A program made the position numbers and the translations under genes. 37,212 nt of DNA. Origin: Candidatus Campbellbacteria bacterium CG22_combo_CG10-13_8_21_14_all_43_18 (GTDB lineage Bacteria > Patescibacteriota > Minisyncoccia > Phycocordibacterales > GCA-002724975). The number at the start of each line of letters is the position of its first letter. Position 1 is the stretch's first letter. Under the pieces are notes generated by a model. It saw only the letters and a program-made list of their open reading frames with translations, had not been told where the DNA came from and searched no databases. Below, piece by piece: positions 7,427 to 15,775 of this stretch. The stretch covers positions 877 through 38,088 of the forward strand of contig PCTS01000034.1 of NCBI GenBank assembly GCA_002771565.1, read 5' to 3'.

Positions 7427-8218
7427 ATGAGGGCTAAAAGGTCATTGGGGCAGAATTTTTTGACTTCAGAGAAGATTGTCGCTGACATTGTCGGGGCGGC
7501 TGGTTTGAGTCAAGACGATATTATTCTTGAGGTTGGGCCGGGGAGAGGAATTTTGACCGGGGGGCTCTTGAAAAATTCCAAGAAAATCATCGCCGTGGAA
7601 AAAGATGATGGGCTTTTTGATTTTTTGAGAGAAAAATTCGCCCAAGAAATAGAAAGTGAAAAATTGATTTTAATCCACGGAGATATCTTAGACCCCCGCT
7701 TAAACATTCCGCGCTTGAATAAGGGAGGGTACAAGCTCGTCTCCAACATTCCATACAACATCACCGGAAAAATCATCAGAAAATTCCTGTCCGCGAAAAA
7801 CCGGCCCGAGATGATGGTCCTCCTCCTCCAAAAAGAAGTGGCCGAAAGAATCACGGCAAAAGACGGCAAGGAAAGTCTTCTCTCCATAAGCGTCAAAGCT
7901 TACGGCAAACCGAAGTACATCAAAAAGGTTTCCAGAATATTCTTTTCCCCAAAACCCAAGGTTGATTCGGCCATTCTTTTGATAGACGAGATCAGCCAGA
8001 CTTTTTTCAAAAATTTCCCCGAGAAGGAATTTTTTACCTTGGTCAAAAGCGGCTTCGCTCATAAAAGAAAAAAACTTCTAAACAATCTGAAAGAGATTGG
8101 TCTTGAACCAAGCCGGATTTTTAAGGAAATGGGGCTGTCGGAAAATATTCGGGCCGAAAGACTCAAGCCCAAAGAATGGCTGGAGCTGGCTAAAAAGACG
8201 AAGTCCCGATATTCCTAA
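7427..8218 (+). CDS. rsmA: 16S rRNA (adenine1518/1519-N6)-dimethyltransferase RsmA/KsgA
   Basis: MRAKRSLGQNFL is a typical KsgA N-terminus. The SAM-binding motif EVGPGRGILT and the NIPYNIT motif are present. The ORF track starts at 7394, but those 11 codons are the REP palindrome, so I prefer the ATG at 7427. Confidence 0.9.
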   Translation: MRAKRSLGQNFLTSEKIVADIVGAAGLSQDDIILEVGPGRGILTGGLLKNSKKIIAVEKDDGLFDFLREKFAQEIESEKLILIHGDILDPRLNIPRLNKGGYKLVSNIPYNITGKIIRKFLSAKNRPEMMVLLLQKEVAERITAKDGKESLLSISVKAYGKPKYIKKVSRIFFSPKPKVDSAILLIDEISQTFFKNFPEKEFFTLVKSGFAHKRKKLLNNLKEIGLEPSRIFKEMGLSENIRAERLKPKEWLELAKKTKSRYS

Positions 8219-8561
8219 CAGTGCCCTGAACGGGAATCCCAAAAAACGGAGTGAGCAGGCAAAAGCCGCCGAACGAGTAATTTCCGACGACGGAAACCCC
8301 CGGCCTAAGCATAAATTCCTTGTAAAGTTTGGACCGCCCGGTTTGAAAGAGAAAAACACCGGAGGAGGGCGGGGAAACTACCAAGGCCACGCCGCCGTTT
8401 AAACAGGGAGTGGCAAAAGTTATTTTCCCTCCGAAGGAGCCGAGAGAAAAAGAAAAGGGGGCGGCCGAGGCAAGGGGCGGAATCGTAAAAAAAAGAAGGA
8501 CGCAAACAACCAAGAAGAAAGCGGTTTTTTTCTTTTTGAAAAGAATTACTCCGGAAAACAT
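8190..8561 (-). CDS. Small secreted hypothetical protein (signal peptide, 2 Cys in the mature part)
   Basis: 123 aa. The N-terminal TM/signal segment ends in PLASAAP. An extended -10 TGATATTAT (8576..8568, minus) lies 6 nt upstream of the ATG. The gene is divergent from the T4SS-like operon. Its 3' end overlaps rsmA by 29 nt. Confidence 0.55.
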   Translation of the reverse strand: MFSGVILFKKKKTAFFLVVCVLLFFTIPPLASAAPFSFSLGSFGGKITFATPCLNGGVALVVSPPSSGVFLFQTGRSKLYKEFMLRPGVSVVGNYSFGGFCLLTPFFGIPVQGTVRNIGTSSF

Positions 8562-8588
8562 AAAGAGATAATATCACAACCTCCGCTC

Positions 8589-8597
8589 TTATCCACA
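8589..8597. promoter_or_regulatory. Perfect DnaA-box 9-mer TTATCCACA
   Basis: Exact consensus 9-mer, 14 nt upstream of the putative -35 of the T4SS-like operon. It overlaps the hairpin CACAAGC-ATAAAAAA-GCTTGTG (8594..8615). Confidence 0.35.
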
Positions 8598-8610
8598 AGC
8601 ATAAAAAAGC

Positions 8611-8641
8611 TTGTGATTGCTTCGTTTTTGTCTGATATAAT
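8611..8641 (+). promoter_or_regulatory. Putative promoter of the 8666..20794 operon
   Basis: TTGTGA (8611..8616), a 19-nt spacer, then TATAAT (8636..8641) with an extended -10 TG at 8633..8634. The -10 box ends 24 nt upstream of the ATG at 8666. Confidence 0.45.
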
Positions 8642-8665
8642 TACCCAGAGTGCCGTGAGAAAGAA

Positions 8666-9628
8666 ATGAGATTTTTACCAAGCAAAAAAGTTATCTTGCC
8701 GGTTTTGTTTGTTGTAGCTGCTTTGACCATAGCAAGCGTTTTACAAAAAGAAGAAAGGCCCTCCGCCCAAGGCTCAAAACAAAATTTGGACGAAGATTTG
8801 TCGGCAAAATACGAGGAGCTTCAAAAAGTGGCGGCCAAAGACTTGGATAAAGACGGCCTGCCGGACTGGGAAGAGGCTCTCTGGGGAACGGGCCCGAACA
8901 ACCCAGATTCGGACGGGGACGGCCTTTCGGACGGAGAGGAAGTAAGGGCGGGAAGAGACCCGAAGAAAGCCGGGCCGGACGACAAGCTCCCCAAAAAAGA
9001 CAGCCCGCCGGAAGAAGAGGAGGGTCTCTCGGCAACGGAAAAATTCGGACGGGACCTTTTTACCGGATACGCGGAACTTTCAACAAACCCCGTTTTCCGG
9101 GGAGATAAGTCCGAAGCTCTTTACAATTTTTTAGCCGCAAACATTTCTGCCGTGCCGGAAGCGGAAGAATACCGCCTCTCGGAGCTCAAGATTTCGGAAA
9201 AAACGAATGAAACAACCTTAAAAAATTACGGCAACCAGCTGGCTCTGAATCTGAAAAAGGGAGGAGGGCAAAATGAGCTTCGGGAGATAGCCAGAATTTT
9301 TGAAACGGAAGGGGCTCTCGGAATTCCGGAACTTCTGGAGATTATCGGTCTGAACAAAGAAATTCTGTCGGAAAACTTATTCATCGGAGTGCCCGCCGAA
9401 ATAGCTGGCCTGCATCTCTTTCTGATTAATAACCATAACAAGGTCATAGACGGCATGCTGAAGATAACGGAAATAAAAAACGACCCGCTTATGGCGGTTC
9501 TCGGACTCGGAAGTTATTCAAAAAGCTCGGAAGCTTTCTTGGAGGCCATAGGCGACCTGAAAGACTATCTTTCCGCCAAGGGCGTTGTATTCAAGACGGA
9601 CGAGCCGGGAGTGATTTTAAATAAGTAA
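8666..9628 (+). CDS. Membrane-anchored hypothetical protein with thrombospondin-type-3-like Asp-rich Ca-binding repeats
   Basis: 320 aa with an N-terminal TM (VILPVLFVVAALTIASVL). DKDGLPDWEEALWGTGPNNPDSDGDGLSDGEEVRAGRDP is a DxDxDG-type repeat. This is the first gene of the operon. Confidence 0.7.
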   Translation: MRFLPSKKVILPVLFVVAALTIASVLQKEERPSAQGSKQNLDEDLSAKYEELQKVAAKDLDKDGLPDWEEALWGTGPNNPDSDGDGLSDGEEVRAGRDPKKAGPDDKLPKKDSPPEEEEGLSATEKFGRDLFTGYAELSTNPVFRGDKSEALYNFLAANISAVPEAEEYRLSELKISEKTNETTLKNYGNQLALNLKKGGGQNELREIARIFETEGALGIPELLEIIGLNKEILSENLFIGVPAEIAGLHLFLINNHNKVIDGMLKITEIKNDPLMAVLGLGSYSKSSEAFLEAIGDLKDYLSAKGVVFKTDEPGVILNK

Positions 9629-9635
9629 CAAAGAA

Positions 9636-11693
9636 ATGACGAGAGCAAAAATGACAAGAGCAAAAAAAATAATCCTGACATTTTTGATAATTCTTTCGGG
9701 AATGACCTCTTTCGTCTCTTTCTCCCCAAAAGCCGAGGCCATAGACACCAAGACCTTGCTTGGGGGCGCGGGAGGTGTGGCTCTCCACTGCGCGGGAGTG
9801 CTGGACAAGATCGGGGGGTTTTTGGGAGGAATCCTTCCGGGAGGAGAAGTGCCGGTCAAAGAAAAAGCCGAAAGAAACAAAGAGGGCTGTCTGGACCAGC
9901 TGGCTTTTATCGGAGCAAATATTTTAATTGAAGAGACCATCAAATCCACGACGGACTGGATCAACGGCCGGTCGGGTGGCGGAGGACCGAAGTATGTTCA
10001 AAATGTCGGGCAATTTCTGGAGGGAGTAACCGACAAAACCATCGGCGAATATATAAACACTACGGATTTCGGCTACATCTGCGACCCCTTTAAACTCCAA
10101 ATCAAGACGCTTCTGGCCAGAGTAAATATTCCCGAAAAAAGAGCGGCTTGTACTTTGTCGGAGGTTGCTCAAAATATAGAAAACTTTATCGGCGGAGATT
10201 TTTACGATGGAGGTTGGAGCGCCTGGGGAGAGCTTGTTTCAAGAAGCAGTCCCTATAATGCCGCGACAAAAGCGGTGGCGGATCTTGAGGTTACCATCCA
10301 GGGGCAAAAAGAGATAGAACTCTCCAAACTGACCTGGGGCTCCGGGTTTTTGTCTTGGGACACTTGCCCGGGAGAAGCTTATCAGTGCAAAGCGGGAGGA
10401 ATATGGTACGACAATGTGGGAGAAGCAGAGTGCTTAAACCCGCCGCTTTTAACGGATGAAGAAACGGGCTTATTTACGGTTGAAAGGCCCGTCGGTTCCT
10501 GGCTCTGCCGAGCCGGTCTGCAGACAAACACGCCCGGAAGCGTCATAAACGAGCAGTTGAACAAAGTTTTGGGTTCGGGCCAGAACAGAATAGAGCAGGC
10601 CGATGAAATAAACGAGCTTATCAGCGGGCTTCTTTCAAAACTCATCGGTGATATTTTTTCCGACAAAGGATTGTTCGGTTTTGACCCGAGAGCAAGAGCC
10701 GGCTCGGAAGAGGAGCTCCTAAACTTTGACTCCTGCGAGAAGTACGGCATTTGCGATGCGGGAGAGACCGCGGAGGAAATTTGCGCTTACTGGAATATTT
10801 CCATAGACGAATGCGTCCCCGGAACAACGGTTGAGGTCTGCCGAGAAAGAGGGACGGGCGCGGAAAACATCGGAGTTTTCAACAACTCAAACGAAGGAAA
10901 CGGGAACCAAATCTGCGTTTTGATTAAAATTCCAAACCCCGACGAAAATCCGACAGAGGCAAAAGAGTGTTCCGACGGAATTGACAATGATGGAGACGGA
11001 AAGATTGACCTCTTTGATTCGGGGTGCCGAAATCTAAGCGATAATACGGAAGCAAGCGAGGCGGGAGAAACCGCTCCTCCGGCCTGCTCTGACGGAAAAG
11101 ACAACGACTCCGACGGTTTGATAGATTTCCCGGCTGATTCCGGGTGCTTGGGAGCGGGAGACAAAAGCGAAAAAGAGGGCGATGGAGACAATGATAATAA
11201 TGATAATGGCGGCGGGGGAAGCACGAGCTTCAGCGGAGACAACCCTTCGCCGAAGGCCCCCAAGACCTTAAATGACGTCGTCTGGCTCCATACGAATATC
11301 AGCGCTTGGAAAGAAGCATCCAAACTGAACAAGTCAAATATTTCCATTAAAGAAGGAGAAATCTGTTTGGACCACACAAAGAAAGGGCTTTGGCCGGAGA
11401 AAGACGGGGTTGAAGGGAACCCCTGGGTTCTGGCTTCAATTGAAGGCAAGTGGTATGCAGGGACATATGAGTGGTTGCGCCCCGGGCAGGTCTGCAAAGA
11501 ACTTAGCTCAAATCCGCCCGCAAGCACCGTCAAAGAGCTCATCGGCCCGCATGTCAAAGCCTCCCCTCTCCAAAACTGGAAACCAAGAAAGGGCGAGCTC
11601 GTCGGTTTTATGGTAAGCGCCCTAGCCAGAGACGGCTCTCTTAGAAATGTTCAGGAAAGAACGAACGCGGTTTTTATTGAATGGCCGTTTTGA
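9636..11693 (+). CDS. Large secreted hypothetical protein with two Cys-bracketed DNDxDG metal-binding-like repeats
   Basis: 685 aa. The signal peptide ends in SPKAEA. The repeats are CSDGIDNDGDGKIDLFDSGC (10968..11027) and CSDGKDNDSDGLIDFPADSGC (11085..11147), followed by a GDGDNDNNDNGGGG linker. The N- and C-terminal domains are unassigned. The start carries an MTRAK-MTRAK duplication. Confidence 0.75.
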   Translation: MTRAKMTRAKKIILTFLIILSGMTSFVSFSPKAEAIDTKTLLGGAGGVALHCAGVLDKIGGFLGGILPGGEVPVKEKAERNKEGCLDQLAFIGANILIEETIKSTTDWINGRSGGGGPKYVQNVGQFLEGVTDKTIGEYINTTDFGYICDPFKLQIKTLLARVNIPEKRAACTLSEVAQNIENFIGGDFYDGGWSAWGELVSRSSPYNAATKAVADLEVTIQGQKEIELSKLTWGSGFLSWDTCPGEAYQCKAGGIWYDNVGEAECLNPPLLTDEETGLFTVERPVGSWLCRAGLQTNTPGSVINEQLNKVLGSGQNRIEQADEINELISGLLSKLIGDIFSDKGLFGFDPRARAGSEEELLNFDSCEKYGICDAGETAEEICAYWNISIDECVPGTTVEVCRERGTGAENIGVFNNSNEGNGNQICVLIKIPNPDENPTEAKECSDGIDNDGDGKIDLFDSGCRNLSDNTEASEAGETAPPACSDGKDNDSDGLIDFPADSGCLGAGDKSEKEGDGDNDNNDNGGGGSTSFSGDNPSPKAPKTLNDVVWLHTNISAWKEASKLNKSNISIKEGEICLDHTKKGLWPEKDGVEGNPWVLASIEGKWYAGTYEWLRPGQVCKELSSNPPASTVKELIGPHVKASPLQNWKPRKGELVGFMVSALARDGSLRNVQERTNAVFIEWPF

Positions 11694-13921
11694 AAATGAA
11701 AAATCTTCTTCAGAAAAAAATAAAGAGTGTTTTGAGATGCTGGCCTTATCTGCTTCTTTTGCTGTTTGTCTTCATTCCCGCGGGAGAGGCGAGCGCGAAG
11801 TTTGAGATTGGGGCTATTCCCGTTATCGGCCCAGGCCTCGCTCTCTTTGAGTGGGCCACCGGCGGCAGTATCGCCGAACAGATATTTGCTTCTCTGGCTA
11901 ATTTGCTTTTGGCTTTCTTTGGAAGATTTTTGGAAATGGCCGGAATTTTCTTGAACTTTGCCATTGTTATGACCGTTCAGAAAATGTCAATCTTTATCAA
12001 CCACAACGAGGGCATTAAGGTGGCCTGGGAGGTTATCAGGGACATTTTGAATATCGGTTTTATCTTTACAATCGTCTATATCGGAGTTTCGACCATTCTG
12101 CGACTAGGAAGCAATCTGAAAAAAACCCTGGTGAATGTCATTGTGGCCGCGCTTTTGGTTAACTTCAGTTTTTTCTTTACCGGAGTTTTAATTGACGCTT
12201 CAAACATAACAACCTTGAGCGTTTACAATCAAATCAAAAATGTCCAGGCGAATACGGGGCATCCTTTTGTTGAGGGGATTGGTTTTTCATCCGAGGTTGA
12301 GGCGGGTGGGTCCGGGGAAGAGGTTTCAAACGCGGACCTTTCGCGCGGTATTGATATAGTGAATGTCGGAATATCCGGTATTTTTATGCAACATCTGAAA
12401 ATGCAGACTATTTTTAGCTTGGATTCCGATGTTCGGAAGGCGGCCAGTGCGAATTCATTGGAGTCAAGCAGTATAGTGCTGATTTCCATATTCGCAAGCA
12501 TTATCATTTTCATATTGACTTTTGTTTTTCTTACGGTGGCTCTTCTTCTTTTAATGAGGCTGGTTATACTCATCATTCTGATGATTCTCTCGCCGGTGGG
12601 CTTTGCCGGCTGGGCCATACAAGGAATGAAGAGCTGGTCGGACCAATGGTGGAAGGCCTTGTGGAGCCAGCTTCTTTTTGCTCCGCTCTATATGATTTTG
12701 ACTCTTGTCATTATTCTCATAATCGGCAATCCCGGATTTAAGTCCGCTTTGGCCGGGGTTTTCAATTACACGCCGGAGGAGTTCAGTTTGGCCAGTTTCA
12801 ATGACGCCATTATCGGCGGGCTGGCGAATGACATGATTGTTTTTGTCAACTACACCATTATTCTCGGTCTAATCATCAGCTCCATTGTTCTGGCAAAACA
12901 AACCTCGGCTTCAGGCGGTGGGCAAATCACGGTTTGGACGAATAGGCTCGGCGGATTTATCGGCAAAAGACAAAAACAGGCCCAAGGGCTCATTGGCCGG
13001 AACACCGTAGGCCGAGCGGCCGAGTTTGTGGGAGGAAAGGCGGAGAAATTCAGAAAAACCCAAGAAGAAAGCGGGGATTACAGCGATGATTTCGCGGGTC
13101 GCCTAACTCTTAGGGCGGTAACGGGCCTGGCGCGCGGTCTGGAAACTGCGGCAGGCAAAGGCCGCTCTGCCAAATTTGGAGGAGAGATCTCAAGAAAAGA
13201 CGCGACTGAAGCCGGAACAAGGAGATTAAGAGAGGGCCTTAAAAAGAGGGCGAGTGATCCGGAGGCGCAAGCCAGATTCTTAAGGAACTTGAGCCCGGGA
13301 GAACAGCAAAAGGCGCATAGCGAGATGAGCCACAGAAACAGAGCGGCTCTGGAAAACTCTCTTCGGGAGAGGTGGCAAGAGGAGGGGCTTTCCTTGGAAG
13401 AAATAGAAGGACGCATAAACAATCTAAGAAGCCGGTTGAGCGTTGAAGATAAAGAAAAAACGGACGAGGGCGGAAGGAAGGCTTTAAATGAGGCCCAAGC
13501 GAGAGAACGGGAAGCGAACCTGAAGATAGCCCTTGGAATTTCTCCCGGGGGCGAAGAGGAGAGGAGAGGGCCGGCTGAAGCCATCAGGTTAATGGACGAA
13601 ATGGATGACAAAGAATTTAAAGATCTGGGCGGAGAGATATTTACCACCGGAAGCGGAGCGGAAACAGAGGTCAGAAGAGAGATTCTGGACAGACTGCAAG
13701 TTTCGGACTTCGGAATCCTGCAGAGGTCGGAGAAATTAAACAGAACGCAAAAAGCCAGAATCGGAGCCTACATTTGGGAGAAAGCGGACAGGAGTAGAGG
13801 AAACGACCCGGTCTTCCAGTCTTATCTGAGAGGGCCGGCCGGAAACCATTGGCTTAACCCGGAAAATGTGGTTCTGCCGAGCGCGGGGAATGAAGACAGG
13901 CCCGGCGGGCTACGAACGTAA
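11681..13921 (+). CDS. Polytopic membrane protein, TrbL/VirB6-like, with a long charged C-terminal tail
   Basis: 746 aa with a signal-like N-terminus. At least 6 hydrophobic segments lie between residues 60 and 400, followed by a highly charged R/E/K-rich region of about 290 aa. The assignment rests on position next to the VirB3/VirB4 homologues and on topology, not on a specific motif. An alternative start is the ATG at 11696. Confidence 0.5.
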   Translation: MAVLKMKNLLQKKIKSVLRCWPYLLLLLFVFIPAGEASAKFEIGAIPVIGPGLALFEWATGGSIAEQIFASLANLLLAFFGRFLEMAGIFLNFAIVMTVQKMSIFINHNEGIKVAWEVIRDILNIGFIFTIVYIGVSTILRLGSNLKKTLVNVIVAALLVNFSFFFTGVLIDASNITTLSVYNQIKNVQANTGHPFVEGIGFSSEVEAGGSGEEVSNADLSRGIDIVNVGISGIFMQHLKMQTIFSLDSDVRKAASANSLESSSIVLISIFASIIIFILTFVFLTVALLLLMRLVILIILMILSPVGFAGWAIQGMKSWSDQWWKALWSQLLFAPLYMILTLVIILIIGNPGFKSALAGVFNYTPEEFSLASFNDAIIGGLANDMIVFVNYTIILGLIISSIVLAKQTSASGGGQITVWTNRLGGFIGKRQKQAQGLIGRNTVGRAAEFVGGKAEKFRKTQEESGDYSDDFAGRLTLRAVTGLARGLETAAGKGRSAKFGGEISRKDATEAGTRRLREGLKKRASDPEAQARFLRNLSPGEQQKAHSEMSHRNRAALENSLRERWQEEGLSLEEIEGRINNLRSRLSVEDKEKTDEGGRKALNEAQAREREANLKIALGISPGGEEERRGPAEAIRLMDEMDDKEFKDLGGEIFTTGSGAETEVRREILDRLQVSDFGILQRSEKLNRTQKARIGAYIWEKADRSRGNDPVFQSYLRGPAGNHWLNPENVVLPSAGNEDRPGGLRT

Positions 13922-13965
13922 ATAAGATTCTCGGATTCAAGTTCATCAAGCGCAACATAAAAAAT

Positions 13966-14664
13966 ATGAAAAAATACGACACCGAAGAATTAAACGATAT
14001 CTTTGACAGACTGCCGGAACCCCTGCGGGAAGCCATTTCTTCGGTTGAAACGGCCGATAAGCTTGAAGATATCAGAAAGAAATTCGGCCTGCATGTGGAC
14101 CAAGCCGGGAAACTGGGGAGCGAGACCGGTTTTGTTCTTCTGGGACTCGTGCCGATAAAAGAGTTTCGCCGAAATGTAAAAAGAAAGCTCGGTATTGATG
14201 AAGAGCTGACGGAAAAAATCGTCCGGGCCGTTGACGAGAAAATTTTGAGCGATGTCAGAGAAAGCCTAAAAAACTTAACCTCGGGCCCGGAAATAATTCC
14301 CCCGAAGCATGATGAGGAAAACTTGAACAGAGAAGAGGTTTTGAGAGAGTTGGAAGAAGAAAGCCGAGACGAAGAAGCCAAGGCCCGGACAGAGGATAGG
14401 CCGAAAGAAGACGCTCTTTCTCCGGCGGAGGCCAAAGATTTTCTGGCAGGGAATATTGAGAGAGGGGAGACCGCGGAAGAAAAGAGGGAGGAAAAACAAG
14501 AACAAGAAACGCCGCCCGCAAAAGAGGAATTTTTTGAAGAAAAGCTCCGGAGCCGGAGCGAGGGCGGTTTTTCTTCGGCCAAGTCCGAAGAGAAAAAAGG
14601 GGAGATAAAAATTATTCAAAAAAGTTACAAGGGCGGAGACCCCTACAGAGAGCCGATTGAATAA
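13966..14664 (+). CDS. Hypothetical acidic protein (folded N-terminal domain of about 100 aa plus an E/K-rich low-complexity tail)
   Basis: 232-aa ORF in the operon with no TM segment. Its composition is coding-like. The long antisense ORFs here are artefacts of the low complexity. Confidence 0.6.
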   Translation: MKKYDTEELNDIFDRLPEPLREAISSVETADKLEDIRKKFGLHVDQAGKLGSETGFVLLGLVPIKEFRRNVKRKLGIDEELTEKIVRAVDEKILSDVRESLKNLTSGPEIIPPKHDEENLNREEVLRELEEESRDEEAKARTEDRPKEDALSPAEAKDFLAGNIERGETAEEKREEKQEQETPPAKEEFFEEKLRSRSEGGFSSAKSEEKKGEIKIIQKSYKGGDPYREPIE

Positions 14665-14714
14665 ATTTTGCAATTCACGGCCTAAAAATTTTACTTTTTG
14701 AAAAAACAACGAAA

Positions 14715-15122
14715 ATGGCAAGACACCAAGTACCGCAATTTATAGAAGTTGAAGACAAAATTTTCGGTCCGCTCTCCTTCAAGCAGTTTATTTATCTCTT
14801 GGGAGGTGCTGGTTTTACTTTTATCATGTTCCGGGTCTTTCCGCTCTTTTTGGCTCTGCTTTTTGCGGCGCCGGTCATCGCTCTTAGCCTTTCTTTGGCT
14901 TTTTATAAAATAAACAGCAAGCCTTTTATTTTTACGCTGGAAGCGGGATTTAAATATATAATGAATGCCAAGCTCTATATATGGAAAAAAGAGCCCAAAA
15001 AACAAATTCCCAAGACGCCGGAGGAAGTCGGAGCGGAAATTTTTTCCGTGCCAAAGTTGTCGGAAAGCAAGCTGGACGACCTGGCTTGGGGTTTGGACAT
15101 TAAAGAAAAAGTTGAAGAATAA
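14715..15122 (+). CDS. PrgI family protein (VirB3-like small membrane component of Gram-positive-type T4SS)
   Basis: 135 aa. The N-terminus HQVPQFIEVEDKIFGPLSFKQFIYLLGG is followed by two TM segments, matching the PrgI-family pattern. The gene lies immediately upstream of the VirB4-like genes. Confidence 0.65.
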   Translation: MARHQVPQFIEVEDKIFGPLSFKQFIYLLGGAGFTFIMFRVFPLFLALLFAAPVIALSLSLAFYKINSKPFIFTLEAGFKYIMNAKLYIWKKEPKKQIPKTPEEVGAEIFSVPKLSESKLDDLAWGLDIKEKVEE

Positions 15123-15775
15123 TGGCGGGAGAAAAACCAACACAAAATTTTTTGCCGATAAAAGAAATCCGCGATGGAGTGGTCGTTTTGAAAGACGGTT
15201 CCTTTAAAACCATTCTGCTGGCTTCTTCTTTGAATTTTGCCCTGAAGTCAAGAGACGAACAGAGCGCCATTCTTTTGCAATTCCAGAACTTTCTGAATTC
15301 TCTGGATTTCCCCGTTCAATTTTTTATCCAATCAAGAAGGTTGGACATCAGGCCCTATACCCAAACCTTGGAAGAAAGATATTCTGTCCAGAGAGACGAC
15401 CTGATGAAGCTTCAAATCAGAGAATATATATCTTTTGTCAAAGAGTTTACTTCAAACACCGACATTATGACAAAAAACTTTTTCATAGTTGTCGGATATC
15501 AGCCCCCCATTATCAATACCGACAAAGGCCTTCTCGGCCAGATTTTCAAAAAAAGAAGCGCCGCAGGAAAAACAACCGAGGATGATTTGTTCTACGAAAA
15601 CAACAGCCAGCTGGAGCAGAGAGTCGCGGTCGTCTCCCAGGGCCTGATTCGTTCCGGAGTCAGAGTCATAAAACTCGGGACGGGAGAATTGGTTGAATTA
15701 TTCTTCAAGATATTTAATCCGGGCGAACAAGGCCGGGCGGCTCGGATAACGAAAGAAACTTATGGGAATTCTTGA
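15122..15775 (+). CDS. VirB4 N-terminal-domain-like protein without an ATPase domain
   Basis: 217 aa. The start FLPIKEIRDGVVVLKDGSFKTILLASSLNFALKSRDEQSAILLQFQNFLNSL resembles the N-terminal region of Gram-positive VirB4/TraE-type ATPases. It has no Walker motifs. Its start overlaps the upstream stop (TAATG). Confidence 0.55.
   Translation: MAGEKPTQNFLPIKEIRDGVVVLKDGSFKTILLASSLNFALKSRDEQSAILLQFQNFLNSLDFPVQFFIQSRRLDIRPYTQTLEERYSVQRDDLMKLQIREYISFVKEFTSNTDIMTKNFFIVVGYQPPIINTDKGLLGQIFKKRSAAGKTTEDDLFYENNSQLEQRVAVVSQGLIRSGVRVIKLGTGELVELFFKIFNPGEQGRAARITKETYGNS

Noticed and set aside
10787-11557. Long antisense ORFs inside well-supported genes. On the minus strand: 10787..11557, 13078..13647, 13854..14582, 14275..14721, 16517..17227, 656..1294, 26311..26889 and 33602..34327. 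On the plus strand: 3965..4309.
   Set aside because: Each lies entirely opposite a gene with clear family motifs or operon context. The translations are low-complexity (S/P/L/F/R-rich). They arise from purine-rich, E/K-rich codons on the sense strand.
14691-15143. 150-aa minus-strand ORF overlapping the PrgI-like gene
   Set aside because: The plus-strand product has the PrgI-family N-terminal motif and two TM helices, and fits the operon. The minus-strand translation is K/R/F-rich without features.
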